From: a virus
Length of the DNA stretch: 64,000 nucleotides
Virus record (IMG/VR): IMGVR_UViG_3300044511_000233
Span: 14,751-78,750 of that record
Strand: one strand, 5' to 3'
Positions 8,458 through 17,574 of the stretch are shown piece after piece (within the stretch, counting starts at the first letter, position 1; each line of letters begins with the position of its first letter). Made by a program: the position numbers and the translations under genes. The notes below the pieces were generated by a model. It ran no database searches. It was not told the DNA's origin and was given only the letters and a program-made list of their open reading frames with translations.

Positions 8458-8810
8458 CAACGCAGCCCCGTCCCCAACCCCAAAAGCGTCCGATCTTCAT
8501 CCTCGAAGACTTCTCGACTGATGATCTCCACACTCTCGACGATTGCGACGAGGCGGAGCACATCCTCGACGAGCAGATCGCGACGATCACGCACCAGTTT
8601 GAGGACCCCACTCGTCTTCTCGACGAGCATTGGGCCTATAACGCCAAGCTGGCTTTGACACTCAAGAAGGTTGGACTGCGCATCACACAGCGCCGCCGAT
8701 CACAACTGAGACGCGAAGCCAAAGAATCTCGGGACGCCCAGTTCATCGATCTGACGCACAAGCTCTATCCTGAGATCGCGAAAGAAATCCGCACCAAACT
8801 CACAGCCTGA
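8448..8810 (+). CDS. Hypothetical coiled-coil protein
   Basis: Overlaps the previous stop; helical charged sequence. Confidence 0.65.
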   Translation: MEMTTQPRPQPQKRPIFILEDFSTDDLHTLDDCDEAEHILDEQIATITHQFEDPTRLLDEHWAYNAKLALTLKKVGLRITQRRRSQLRREAKESRDAQFIDLTHKLYPEIAKEIRTKLTA

Positions 8811-8845
8811 GCCTCGCCCTCAGCCACACGCACTATCGCTTCCAC

Positions 8846-8907
8846 AACTCACCGCGTCACTCCACGCGGTGAGTTTCTTTTTGTGCTCAAGCGTCACGCT
8901 CACAGCC
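8846..8907 (+). terminator. Terminator hairpin plus 40-bp repeat copy 1 (8868-8907)
   Basis: AACTCACCGCGT-CACTCC-ACGCGGTGAGTT-TCTTTTT; 39/40 identical to 10188-10227. Confidence 0.8.
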
Positions 8908-9279
8908 CAACCCTGTTGGCCCACGCCGGGCAACATCTGCCGCATGGACCGGCATCTCATCTCGGACGACCCGTCCGTCCATTGCGCTCCGGGCCTGCAC
9001 GTCGGCAGTTGGGGTTACGTCAAAGACTACGCGTCCTCTTCAAGCGACCAGATCATCACCGTCGCCTTCTGGCCTGAGCACGTCGTTGCCGTTCCGCTCG
9101 ATCTCACGACGAAAATCCGCGTGCAAGAATACGAGTCTCTATCAGTGTTGGACAGAGAGGCGGTTGATGTTTTCATCCGCAACAATGAAAACATAGTGGC
9201 GACGGATCGTATCGATCCAAATTCCACTGAGGATGAAATCGACGAAGGTGTCGACGACGATCCTTACTACTATGGATGA
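8908..9279 (+). pseudogene. C-terminal fragment of an rIIB-like protein
   Basis: PG..CRMDR..ISDDPSVHCAPGLHVGSWGY...VVAVP.D..KIRV.EY matches the T4 RIIB C-terminal pattern; no N-terminus, no RBS, no rIIA. Confidence 0.65.
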
Positions 9280-9686
9280 TCCCACTCATGGCATTCACGA
9301 AGGTCTCCCGAGAGCAGCATCGCGCTGCCCTTATCACTGAAATCCGCTACGCTATCGTCAAGAACCCGAAGAAGGACGATGACGCGCCCACGTTCACGGG
9401 CCGGCTGAAGATCCCGGTCAGCATCGTCTCTCTTCTTGGTTGGTCGAACGATGCTTCTCTCGACGTCGCGGTCGGCGATGGCGACGACGCGGGTTGGTTT
9501 TCCATCAACCCGGCGCCGGAAGGCGAGAAGCATCGTGCGAGGTTCAAGACCCAGAAGAACGGCGTCGGCGTCTATTCTTCGTCAGCAATCGTTCCGACCG
9601 GCACCGCGGCCCAGGTGAAGACCTATGCCCCCGAGGCGCGCTTGGACGAAGCGTCCAAGACGCTCTTCGTCAAGCTCGCGGCCTAG
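9276..9686 (+). CDS. Putative AbrB/SpoVT-fold DNA-binding protein
   Basis: GRLKIPVSIVSLLGW...LDVAV pattern; strong codon bias. Confidence 0.55.
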   Translation: MIPLMAFTKVSREQHRAALITEIRYAIVKNPKKDDDAPTFTGRLKIPVSIVSLLGWSNDASLDVAVGDGDDAGWFSINPAPEGEKHRARFKTQKNGVGVYSSSAIVPTGTAAQVKTYAPEARLDEASKTLFVKLAA

Positions 9687-9713
9687 ACCCGCCCACCCTC
9701 TAGGCCGTTTGAG

Positions 9714-9754
9714 AGGCCCACGACGCCGTCCAGAGCCGCGTCGTGGGCCTTTTT
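9714..9754 (+). terminator. Intrinsic terminator
   Basis: AGGCCCACGACGC...GCGTCGTGGGCCT-TTTT. Confidence 0.75.
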
Positions 9755-9783
9755 ATATCTACCTCACTTCAGGAGTCCTACGC

Positions 9784-10128
9784 ATGTCTCTCAATGATCG
9801 TTCGATCGAACATCGTATCGTTGACTACCTCGTCGACGTGCTCGGCAATCCCAAGGAGATTGAGACCGGGCCTCTCATCGCTCTTGTGAGTGATGCGATC
9901 GGCGACGCTTCCGAGGAGAAGCGTCTCGAATTTTTGAACAGATTGGAAAGCGAAGCTGTGTCGCATGTCCACGAGGCGTTGCATGCAACTTACATGGCGG
10001 CGGATGTCGTTGATCGGCATGTCGTCAACGCGAAAGCTGTTGTCGTCGATCCTGCTTTGAAGGAGATCGCTGATCGCGCCAGTGAAGCACTCGGTGAACT
10101 CTATCAGGCGATTGGAGCAAAGCTCTAA
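9784..10128 (+). CDS. Hypothetical protein
   Basis: AGGAG RBS; C-terminal HEALHATY..A..VD.HV...A..AL..LYQAIG motif. Confidence 0.7.
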   Translation: MSLNDRSIEHRIVDYLVDVLGNPKEIETGPLIALVSDAIGDASEEKRLEFLNRLESEAVSHVHEALHATYMAADVVDRHVVNAKAVVVDPALKEIADRASEALGELYQAIGAKL

Positions 10129-10165
10129 TCTACTCAATCACGCCCACAGCCTCACGCTCCCCCAC

Positions 10166-10227
10166 AACTCGCCTCGATCCACATCAAGGTGAGTTTCTTT
10201 TTGTGCCCAAGCGTCACGCTCACAGCC
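10166..10227 (+). terminator. Terminator hairpin plus 40-bp repeat copy 2 (10188-10227)
   Basis: AACTCGCCTCGAT-CCAC-ATCAAGGTGAGTT-TCTTTTT; different inner stem from copy 1 but still paired. Confidence 0.8.
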
Positions 10228-10402
10228 TGAACAAAGGACTGACACCTATGAACATCTTCGACATGAAGCGCAGTCGCATCTATTGGCCCTACGCCAGCCG
10301 CGTCCGTCAGTCGCGCTACACCGGCGAGATGCTGCGCATGATCCGCAAGCATGGACAGGAGCGTGAGTGTGAGCGGCGCCGGGCGCGAGATGGAGCACTG
10401 CT

Positions 10403-11047
10403 ATGAGCACACGGTCTGACATCATCGTTCACTGCACCGACAATAAGTGGCGTCGTGTTTATTGCCACTGGGACGGCTACCTGGAGCACAATGGTCGCAT
10501 CCTCTTCGACCATTACACAGACCGTGTTCTTGCAACGGATCTCGTCATGCCGGGGGATATGTCGTCGCTCGGCGCTAAAGGCGGCAAGCGAACCAAATGG
10601 TCAGATACTGAAGGTCCGTATTACACGCGGTTCACTGAAGGACCTCATCAATATGAGATGTTGCCTCAGTTTAAAGGCATCACGCTCTATTACGCCGGTC
10701 GTCAGGATCAGACGGTGGAGCAGAACGGACGCCTGGAAAAACTCACGGGTAAGGCCCTTATCGACGCTCACAAACCAATCGTTGGCGACTCACTCTTCGA
10801 TGTCTGGCCCCCTGAAGATACGTGGACAGAATACACTTACGTCTTTGCTGATCATCATGACGGGCGCGGGTTCACATGGTGGGTCGGAGACCCTGACGAG
10901 GGTTCGCAGACACTCGTTGATCTCGGCGAGGCCCTGCAAGGCAAACGCACCATCCGCTCGAACATCAAGATGTTCGGCGGCATCGTGCTTGGCAAGCACG
11001 GATCAGTCGATCCGACGCTCGATACGCGCGACGAGGCAAATCGATGA
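10403..11047 (+). CDS. Conserved phage early protein (YCHWDGY family)
   Basis: MSTRS.I...VYCHWDGY...G..L..HY...EYTYVF motif. Confidence 0.8.
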   Translation: MSTRSDIIVHCTDNKWRRVYCHWDGYLEHNGRILFDHYTDRVLATDLVMPGDMSSLGAKGGKRTKWSDTEGPYYTRFTEGPHQYEMLPQFKGITLYYAGRQDQTVEQNGRLEKLTGKALIDAHKPIVGDSLFDVWPPEDTWTEYTYVFADHHDGRGFTWWVGDPDEGSQTLVDLGEALQGKRTIRSNIKMFGGIVLGKHGSVDPTLDTRDEANR

Positions 11048-11328
11048 AACTCCGCTTCAACCCCTTCCATAAAGTCGACTGCCGCTACGGTGCTCCGCAC
11101 GGCAGACACGGCAACGCGATCGAAGACGCCCCGCATCCCCTCGACAAGCTCGTCGTCACGCACTGCGGTGGAGACGGGTTTTACGACAAAGGCGGAGCCT
11201 ACTGGGGCCACTCCAAAGTCTACGCCGTCCATACCAGGGACGGGTCCTACTGCACCTACGTCGGCGCCATCTCTCACAAGCAGGCGCTGCAGTTCGTTGA
11301 GGAGGCTTCCGATGCGCACGTTCGGTGA
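11044..11328 (+). CDS. Conserved phage hypothetical protein
   Basis: RYGAP.GR...YDKGGAYWG motif; ATGA coupling. Confidence 0.75.
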   Translation: MKLRFNPFHKVDCRYGAPHGRHGNAIEDAPHPLDKLVVTHCGGDGFYDKGGAYWGHSKVYAVHTRDGSYCTYVGAISHKQALQFVEEASDAHVR

Positions 11329-11505
11329 GATCGACCTCGTTCTCGACGGCGACACTGTAACGATCGCGTTCGATCGCGATGCGGATTGGTGGACGGACAC
11401 TCCTGTTGACGCCAAACACGCTGACTTCATTCAGACCAAGGTCAACGCCGAGTTCGAGGGCGCGGGATACATGCGCCTCATGGATGGTTCTATGAGGAGG
11501 ACACG

Positions 11506-11691
11506 ATGCCGAAGTTTGCTGTGAACATTGAAGAGACTTGTTCCTATAAGGTCGTCGTCGAGGCTTCTGATATAAACGAAGCTAAGGGGTTAGCGCTTGA
11601 CACGTTGATCAATGCTCCCGACCTGTCGGTGTTCTTTGTCGCGTGCAGTGATCGTGAGATCCTCAACGTCAAGGAGATTACCAATGGCTGA
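11506..11691 (+). CDS. DpnD/PcfM-like small protein
   Basis: KF.V.IEET....VVVEA....EA pattern; GAGGA RBS. Confidence 0.6.
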   Translation: MPKFAVNIEETCSYKVVVEASDINEAKGLALDTLINAPDLSVFFVACSDREILNVKEITNG

Positions 11692-11917
11692 ATACAAATC
11701 ACCCAACGGAGCCTACATCAAGGGCACGCTCGAAACACTCTCCGGCGTCGCGCTGATCAACGGCATCGACGAGAGCGGTGAGCCCGAACACTGCGGCGAG
11801 ACCGAAATTTATTGGGACGAGCAGAAGACTGTCGAACGCGACGGTAAGCCCGTCTACGTCGACACTGAGGGTTCCGAGTGGACCTTCGATCAGCTTACGA
11901 AGGTGGAAGATGATTAA
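11684..11917 (+). CDS. Hypothetical phage protein
   Basis: AAGGAG RBS; SPNG..I.GTLE...G.TEIYWDEQKT. Confidence 0.7.
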   Translation: MAEYKSPNGAYIKGTLETLSGVALINGIDESGEPEHCGETEIYWDEQKTVERDGKPVYVDTEGSEWTFDQLTKVEDD

Positions 11918-12185
11918 CGGCTTCATTATTGCCGCCCTCGCGCTCCCCAACGACAAAAAACGTGAGCTCGCCTGGAAATTGCTCGACAACCTCGGCATCA
12001 GCGTCCTTGTCGCGCTCGACGTTGAAGACCTGATTGAAGACCGCAGCGACGCTGATCTACCTCCGGTTCCGAGAGAACTCCTGCTCCAAGCAATGCGCAA
12101 CGTCGCAGAAGGCGACTGGAGCGACCAATCGACTGCCGCGAAGGAAGCCGTCGAGCGCGAGATCGAGAGGTTGACCAATGGCTAA
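11910..12185 (+). CDS. Hypothetical protein
   Basis: Translationally coupled ORF. Confidence 0.6.
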   Translation: MINGFIIAALALPNDKKRELAWKLLDNLGISVLVALDVEDLIEDRSDADLPPVPRELLLQAMRNVAEGDWSDQSTAAKEAVEREIERLTNG

Positions 12186-12516
12186 GATCGAACTCGTCTG
12201 TCCCACCCGCGGCGCCGCGGACATGGTGCGCGATGCTGCCGCGCGTTGGAATGCGGAGACCCAAGAATGGGAACGCTCGTCGATCTATGACGTGATGACG
12301 TGCGACTCCTGCGGTGAGGAGACTTACGAGTGCGGTGAGGTCGATCTCGATACGCTGCCGAATGAAGACTCGCACGACTGGATCGTGCTCGCGAACGCGG
12401 CCGAGAAGACACCCAATGACAAGCGCACGCTGACGCAGAAATACCTCATCTGGAAGGCCCACGAGGAAGGGTATGACTTGTCGGACGAAGCCGTCGAGTT
12501 GGAGGATTGTGAATGA
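12178..12516 (+). CDS. Zinc-ribbon-like hypothetical protein
   Basis: CPTR(G)...W....QEW...CDSC; first CxxC appears degenerate. Confidence 0.65.
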   Translation: MAKIELVCPTRGAADMVRDAAARWNAETQEWERSSIYDVMTCDSCGEETYECGEVDLDTLPNEDSHDWIVLANAAEKTPNDKRTLTQKYLIWKAHEEGYDLSDEAVELEDCE

Positions 12517-12710
12517 AATTCGCTCTTGAAATCGATTGCAACAATGCAGCCTTCGATGATGATGTCAGCGAAGTGGTCGACATCCTAAACCATTTTGCGA
12601 TCAAACTTGCTTCGGAACGTCCACCGATCGGCGCCCGCATTTTTCTACGTGACATCAACGGCAATCGGGTTGGGTTTGCTCAATTCATCGAGGACACCAA
12701 TGCTTGTTGA
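12513..12710 (+). CDS. Hypothetical phage protein
   Basis: IDCNNAAF...LRDINGNRVG motif. Confidence 0.7.
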   Translation: MKFALEIDCNNAAFDDDVSEVVDILNHFAIKLASERPPIGARIFLRDINGNRVGFAQFIEDTNAC

Positions 12711-13119
12711 GACCCACGGCTCCATCACGCTCCTACGCCCCGAGTGTGAGCTTGACGACGACTTTATCAAGACTCAGCTCTCGCCCGACAACTGGCAGCA
12801 TTTCGGCGGCGCCATCGCCGTTGAACCCCGCTGCGTCCCTGCAATTCTTGAGGGCCTTATCGAGTATGGGTGCGATTACGAGCATGCGTAGAGCGTTCCT
12901 CAACAACCTTCCGGCGCATCTAATCGCGACGCCGTGTCAATACGACCCTGACACGCTCTTCATTCACAACCGGAATCGGAATGACCTCCCGGAGGGGATC
13001 ATTCACTTTACCCCCGATAATTGCATCGACGATTACACGCCGCTGCTTGCTCCATACATCCCGACCGCACCCGCAGCCTCAGATAGCGTGTCGTCGAGGT
13101 TCAGAAACGCGAGAAAACT

Positions 13120-13647
13120 ATGACACTCGACCAAGCAAGAGACAATTTCAGAGATGACCCATGCCCAGCTACTGCGCAAGAATATCTTGAAAGGGCTACT
13201 TCTTATTGGGTGGACGGCATCATCTCTTGTGAAACGCGCGACAATGTTATCAGTGAGACCGCGCCCTATCGAACGACGAAGGGTTATTCTTACGCTGAAG
13301 TCGAAGCCGCGATGTGTGCTTGGGAACACGTCGACAGCAATACCACCACCGCGGCCCTTGAGCTGAAAGATTCCTATGCGCCTGTTCGAGCGCGGTTTGA
13401 TGGATGGCGTCAAGCTAACGGCACTGGCGCGATGCGTGAGGCTTGCATCAGGCTCGCGCCATGGATCGAGCATGTGTGGCTCGCATCTCGCGATAACTAC
13501 ACCATGTGTTTTGATTGGGACTTCGTCCCGTATCTCCTGGGCCTCGTAACGTGGCCCGATGATGGAACGTGGCCGATCCATCCATCAGTGGAATTCACCG
13601 CGAAGCTGGTCAATTTTCGCTTCGGCAACGCTGGCCTGAAGGGCTGA
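13120..13647 (+). CDS. Hypothetical phage protein
   Basis: EAAMCAWE...G...MR...FDWDFVP motif; coupled. Confidence 0.7.
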   Translation: MTLDQARDNFRDDPCPATAQEYLERATSYWVDGIISCETRDNVISETAPYRTTKGYSYAEVEAAMCAWEHVDSNTTTAALELKDSYAPVRARFDGWRQANGTGAMREACIRLAPWIEHVWLASRDNYTMCFDWDFVPYLLGLVTWPDDGTWPIHPSVEFTAKLVNFRFGNAGLKG

Positions 13648-13839
13648 GCTGATGGACCAGCCAGCAACGGTGACCAGGGTTGCCGTCACCTACGAGCAGC
13701 TTGGCACCTTCGACCGTGACGGGCGTCAGACCTCACGTCATGTCGGTCCTTGCAAACTGACGTGGTTCTCGCCGCCTCACACCGGCGTCTTTTTCCTTAT
13801 CAATGTCGAGCCTTTCGTGCCTGAAAAGGAGCCTTCCAA

Positions 13840-14121
13840 ATGAAGATCTGGATTCTCTTATCCTGTATCCCGAAGGACCACTATCCGTGCTTCCCACAAA
13901 TTTTCCTTGACGAGGACGTTGCAGAGGACGCGGCCGAGCGCGCGATCCTCGATGAGTGGTGGGTGTGGATGGGCCCGGATGAAGTGCCGCCGCTCGACTA
14001 TGCAGAGACGAAACGGCGTGCCCGTCCAGTGGTCGATTGGCGTAAAGCGCAACGTCTAATTATCGAGACTGACGACGAGATGCGCTACGGTGCGTGGGAG
14101 ATTACGGCGCATGGCATCTAG
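13840..14121 (+). CDS. Hypothetical protein
   Basis: AAGGAG RBS; coupled. Confidence 0.6.
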   Translation: MKIWILLSCIPKDHYPCFPQIFLDEDVAEDAAERAILDEWWVWMGPDEVPPLDYAETKRRARPVVDWRKAQRLIIETDDEMRYGAWEITAHGI

Positions 14122-14550
14122 CACTCCTGACCACTGTCTTGCATGCGCCGCCTGCGGGCGGCTTTTTCATGCCGAGGACCTCGACGCGAAACCTAATCCT
14201 GAGGACAAGCTTCCAGGGGAAACTGATGAGGAAGCTGCCGAGCGAGGCGTCAATTTCGAACGGCTTGAATGTCAGGAGTGTTACGGTCCGAACTTCAGCG
14301 AGATGTGAGAGGTTTCCATGTTTTCCCTCAAGACGTCGAAGGGCTGCGCTTGGCGCGCCTTTTATCTTTACTGGAATAATGTCCTGATACTTTACCTTGG
14401 GATTGACCCGACTTTCCAAACGAGTAGAGCCCGCGTTTTTGGCGCAGTTGCCGGTCGCAAAAGTTGCGTCGGCGGGCGAACCGCTATGTGGGGATTCTCA
14501 TTCCTAACGTGGCGCAGTCGTTATTGGTGGCGACTTGATGGGAGGCGCAA

Positions 14551-14910
14551 ATGACCGTGTTTGATCCGAAGACTGCGACTCATGCTGAGTGCGAACTGCA
14601 CATTATCTGCCAGTTCGCCACCGTGGCTCTCGAGAAGGGCTTCACTATCTCCGTTTGCGACGGCGAGGATTGGACGCTTGTGCGTTCCCGCGACCTCTCC
14701 GTGATTATGGGCGCGCTGCGGACGACGGATGAGGACTGGTTGGCGGTTCGTGACCCCACCCTCAAGGGAAAAAGGGTAGGTGTTGTCCAGTGTGTTTATG
14801 GCAATGAGCCATGGGTGGTGATTGCTGATTACAGTGACAATGAAGCAATGCGCGAGCTGATCCAACCTGCTGAAATTGCGGCGAAGCAGATTGAGGAAGC
14901 CAGATCATGA
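14551..14910 (+). CDS. Hypothetical phage protein
   Basis: GGAGG RBS; ISV.DGE.W...VYGN...VIADYS motif. Confidence 0.75.
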   Translation: MTVFDPKTATHAECELHIICQFATVALEKGFTISVCDGEDWTLVRSRDLSVIMGALRTTDEDWLAVRDPTLKGKRVGVVQCVYGNEPWVVIADYSDNEAMRELIQPAEIAAKQIEEARS

Positions 14911-15113
14911 TGGAAATGAAACCTCTTAACAGTTCGAACCTCAAGGCTGTTGGGTTCGATGACGGCACGCTCATCATCGAGTTCACCAACAACACGAAAT
15001 ACTCCTACAAAAACGTGCCGCGCCACGTTTACGACGAGCTTCTGGCTGCGCCGTCTCACGGCAAGTTCTTCCATGCCCATATCCGCAACGTTTATGAGGT
15101 GACGAAGCTGTGA
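14907..15113 (+). CDS. KTSC domain protein
   Basis: SSNLKAVGF...LIIEF....YSY.NVP..VY..LL.APS.GKFF...IR. Confidence 0.9.
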   Translation: MMEMKPLNSSNLKAVGFDDGTLIIEFTNNTKYSYKNVPRHVYDELLAAPSHGKFFHAHIRNVYEVTKL

Positions 15114-15301
15114 CCACCTACCACGTCGTGTGGGAGATCGACATCGAGGGCGACGATCCCCGCGAAGCTGCGATCAAAGCGCGCGAAGCTCAACAGCACC
15201 CCCGGCCCGGATATTGGGTCGGGGTTTTTGATGTGACCGATGAGAACGGCAACACCGTTCGTGTTGATTTGGATGAGGAGCCTGTCAGCGATGGAGCATG
15301 A
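15110..15301 (+). CDS. Hypothetical phage protein
   Basis: Y.V.WEIDI....PREAA motif. Confidence 0.7.
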   Translation: MTTYHVVWEIDIEGDDPREAAIKAREAQQHPRPGYWVGVFDVTDENGNTVRVDLDEEPVSDGA

Positions 15302-15800
15302 TTATACCAAGGTTGTCGTGCAGCCTGACATTCCGATTGAAGATATGACTCAGCTCGAGGAACTGGTTCTGCAGTATGTGTTTGAGAATGCTAAAGACGG
15401 TGATGGCAGATATTTCTACAGCTCCGTTGCTCCAACTGAGCAGGTCGCGGTCCTTCGTGAGGACCTGGAACTGTCTCTTGGCGAATCGCAGAACGCGGTC
15501 AATCTTCTTACACAGGTTGTGAGTAAGGCTCTTGCAAATCAGTCTGATGAATGGGTTGAGCTCGATCTGAATAACGACCTCCCCGACTCTTACCTCTATA
15601 TCCTTCAGCAGATCGTCGCGCGTTCCAAGACCCTCAAATACATCACGCTCCAGATCGCTTTCACCTGCGATAAGATGCGGCCAGGGTCGATCGGCGGCGC
15701 CGCTTATGTGGTCCTGCCGACTGAAATTGTGTCGATGAGCACGTTCAATTTCGCCGACACAGTGTTGATTGAGAGGGGTCTTCATGCTCAACATAATTAA
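15291..15800 (+). CDS. Hypothetical protein
   Basis: GAGGAG RBS; C-terminal AFTC.KMRP...GG.A motif. Confidence 0.7.
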   Translation: MEHDYTKVVVQPDIPIEDMTQLEELVLQYVFENAKDGDGRYFYSSVAPTEQVAVLREDLELSLGESQNAVNLLTQVVSKALANQSDEWVELDLNNDLPDSYLYILQQIVARSKTLKYITLQIAFTCDKMRPGSIGGAAYVVLPTEIVSMSTFNFADTVLIERGLHAQHN

Positions 15801-16464
15801 AGCGCTTCTCTCCAAAACTACGGAGAACGGCTGCACTGAAGCAGAGGCGTTCGCGGCGCTTCTTAAGGCTCGTCAGCTTATGGATGCGCATAACATTTCC
15901 CTTTCTGATCTGCAGGATGAACCGCTGATCGAGCAGCGGCAACGCATCCGCAACACGCACAAGATCAAGATTGGACTCGCGACTGCAATTTCGAGGTTCT
16001 GCGAATGCAGAGCGTGGAAATCTGCGGTCAACACGTCATCGTCCGATATCGTGTTCTTCGGTTATCCGCAGGATGTGCAACTCGCCGATTGGATGCTCGA
16101 GACACTTTCGAAGTTCATTGAACGACAGCGCGACGAATATCTCTCGACCCTCTCAACTCGGGACGATCGTAGGTATCACAAGAACGGGTTCGAGGTTGCG
16201 GCTGTGAACCGCCTTTCGGAACGACTCAAAGAGCTTGCTCCGAAACCCCCGGTCGTGTCGCCTAGCGACGGCAAGTCACTTATTGTGACGAAGCAAGCTC
16301 TTATTACCGAGGAGCTTTCGAAGAAAGGCGTTCGTTTCTCTCAATCACGATCACGTCGGGTTAATTGCTCACGTGATGCAATAGATGCAGGGCGCGCTGC
16401 CGGAGACTCGGCAACGATTGCGAGACCGATCGATGCTTCGTTCAGTCAGAAGCTGCTGAGATGA
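15784..16464 (+). CDS. DUF2786-like domain protein
   Basis: IKALL.KT.ENGCTEAEA.AA..KA..LM..HNI; FFG...DV..A. Confidence 0.8.
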   Translation: MLNIIKALLSKTTENGCTEAEAFAALLKARQLMDAHNISLSDLQDEPLIEQRQRIRNTHKIKIGLATAISRFCECRAWKSAVNTSSSDIVFFGYPQDVQLADWMLETLSKFIERQRDEYLSTLSTRDDRRYHKNGFEVAAVNRLSERLKELAPKPPVVSPSDGKSLIVTKQALITEELSKKGVRFSQSRSRRVNCSRDAIDAGRAAGDSATIARPIDASFSQKLLR

Positions 16465-16658
16465 TGTATCCAGGCAAGCTCTACAAATGGACCAAGGCGG
16501 CTCAAGAACGCGCCTTGGAACTCGACGTGAAAGGACACTCACGTCAGAAGATAGCTGAAATCATCAACCATGAATTTCCTCAGCCAGTCGCCCTGACTGA
16601 GGACGCTGTCACCGCCAAGATTTGGCGTATGCGCAATGTTAGGATGGAGGTTTTGTGA
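16461..16658 (+). CDS. GcrA-like N-terminal HTH protein
   Basis: WT....R..EL...G.S...IA.......T..AV..KI.R matches the GcrA DNA-binding domain pattern. Confidence 0.6.
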   Translation: MMYPGKLYKWTKAAQERALELDVKGHSRQKIAEIINHEFPQPVALTEDAVTAKIWRMRNVRMEVL

Positions 16659-17014
16659 TGGAATACCGTAAAGGTGACGTGCTTCTCGTGCGGGTAGTGG
16701 CTACGTATGATCACGACGGTCTCAAGTCGGACATCATGGCTCACCCTCCGGGTGAGGAGTGGAACTCACGAGCTGTCAAGCTCGCGAACATCGTCGGCGT
16801 CGAGCGATTGAAGTTCGAACCGGGCGAGACTGCGGTCTATGACAACGAACCCTGCGTCGTCAGGTTCGTTGACGCTGAGACGAACAAAGCATGGATCTCG
16901 TCAAAAGCTCTTGCAGTTGATGATCTTGTGGTTCCGGTTTCGACGTTGACCCGGCCGGCGCCGGGTGAAAAGGAGCCGAACACCCCTTCAGCAGTTTACG
17001 AAGAGGTCTTCTGA
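16655..17014 (+). CDS. Hypothetical protein
   Basis: GGAGG RBS; coupled. Confidence 0.65.
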   Translation: MMEYRKGDVLLVRVVATYDHDGLKSDIMAHPPGEEWNSRAVKLANIVGVERLKFEPGETAVYDNEPCVVRFVDAETNKAWISSKALAVDDLVVPVSTLTRPAPGEKEPNTPSAVYEEVF

Positions 17015-17035
17015 CCTCTCAACGTCACTCACAGT

Positions 17036-17067
17036 AAGAGCCCGTCTCTCACAGAGACGGGCTTTTT
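17036..17067 (+). terminator. Intrinsic terminator
   Basis: AAGAGCCCGTCTCT-CAC-AGAGACGGGCTTTTT; shares the CCGTCTCT/AGAGACGG stem with 3086. Confidence 0.8.
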
Positions 17068-17090
17068 CATTTTCATCTCGAGGCCGCATC

Positions 17091-17408
17091 ATGGCTACTG
17101 TCAAGGAACTGAACGACGCATTTCGCACAAGGTTCGACCGCAATCTTGGACGGGTTGTGTTGACACGGGGTGTTTCCGCGTGGGGGATCACACAAGAGCT
17201 ATGTCGAAGAGTTCGGGGGTTTTCTGATTTTACACCGGAAAATGACCCGAACGGCGAACACGACTTCGGAGCGTTCGAGGTAGGCAAGCAGCGTTTCTTC
17301 TGGAAGATCGACTACTACGACGAGAACATGGAATATGGCTCCAAAGATCCGTCCGATCCGTCGAAGACGATGAGGGTTCTTACGATCATGTTGGCAGAGG
17401 AGTATTGA
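17091..17408 (+). CDS. DUF3768 domain protein
   Basis: LNDAFR...F..F..ENDP.GEHDFG.F...FWKIDYYD...RVLTIMLAEEY. Confidence 0.9.
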   Translation: MATVKELNDAFRTRFDRNLGRVVLTRGVSAWGITQELCRRVRGFSDFTPENDPNGEHDFGAFEVGKQRFFWKIDYYDENMEYGSKDPSDPSKTMRVLTIMLAEEY

Positions 17409-17574
17409 TGCTGCTGATGCTTCTGATCCTGCTCTCGATCGTGCTCGAGGCAATCCTTCAGCTCGTTGTCTACGTTATTCTCCTCATCATCGGCTTCTTC
17501 GCTTTGTGGGGCATCTCGGATCTCACGGCAAGAACCTGTCGTAGCGTCTACGACTACATCAAAAGGAAGTGCTC

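Noticed and set aside
2441-10230. CRISPR array or mini-array from the early-region repeats
   Set aside because: Repeats come as pairs separated by 0.4-1.5 kb of genes rather than regular 30-40-bp spacers, and no cas genes are present. The 2972/3026 pair has spacer-like distance but only two imperfect copies.
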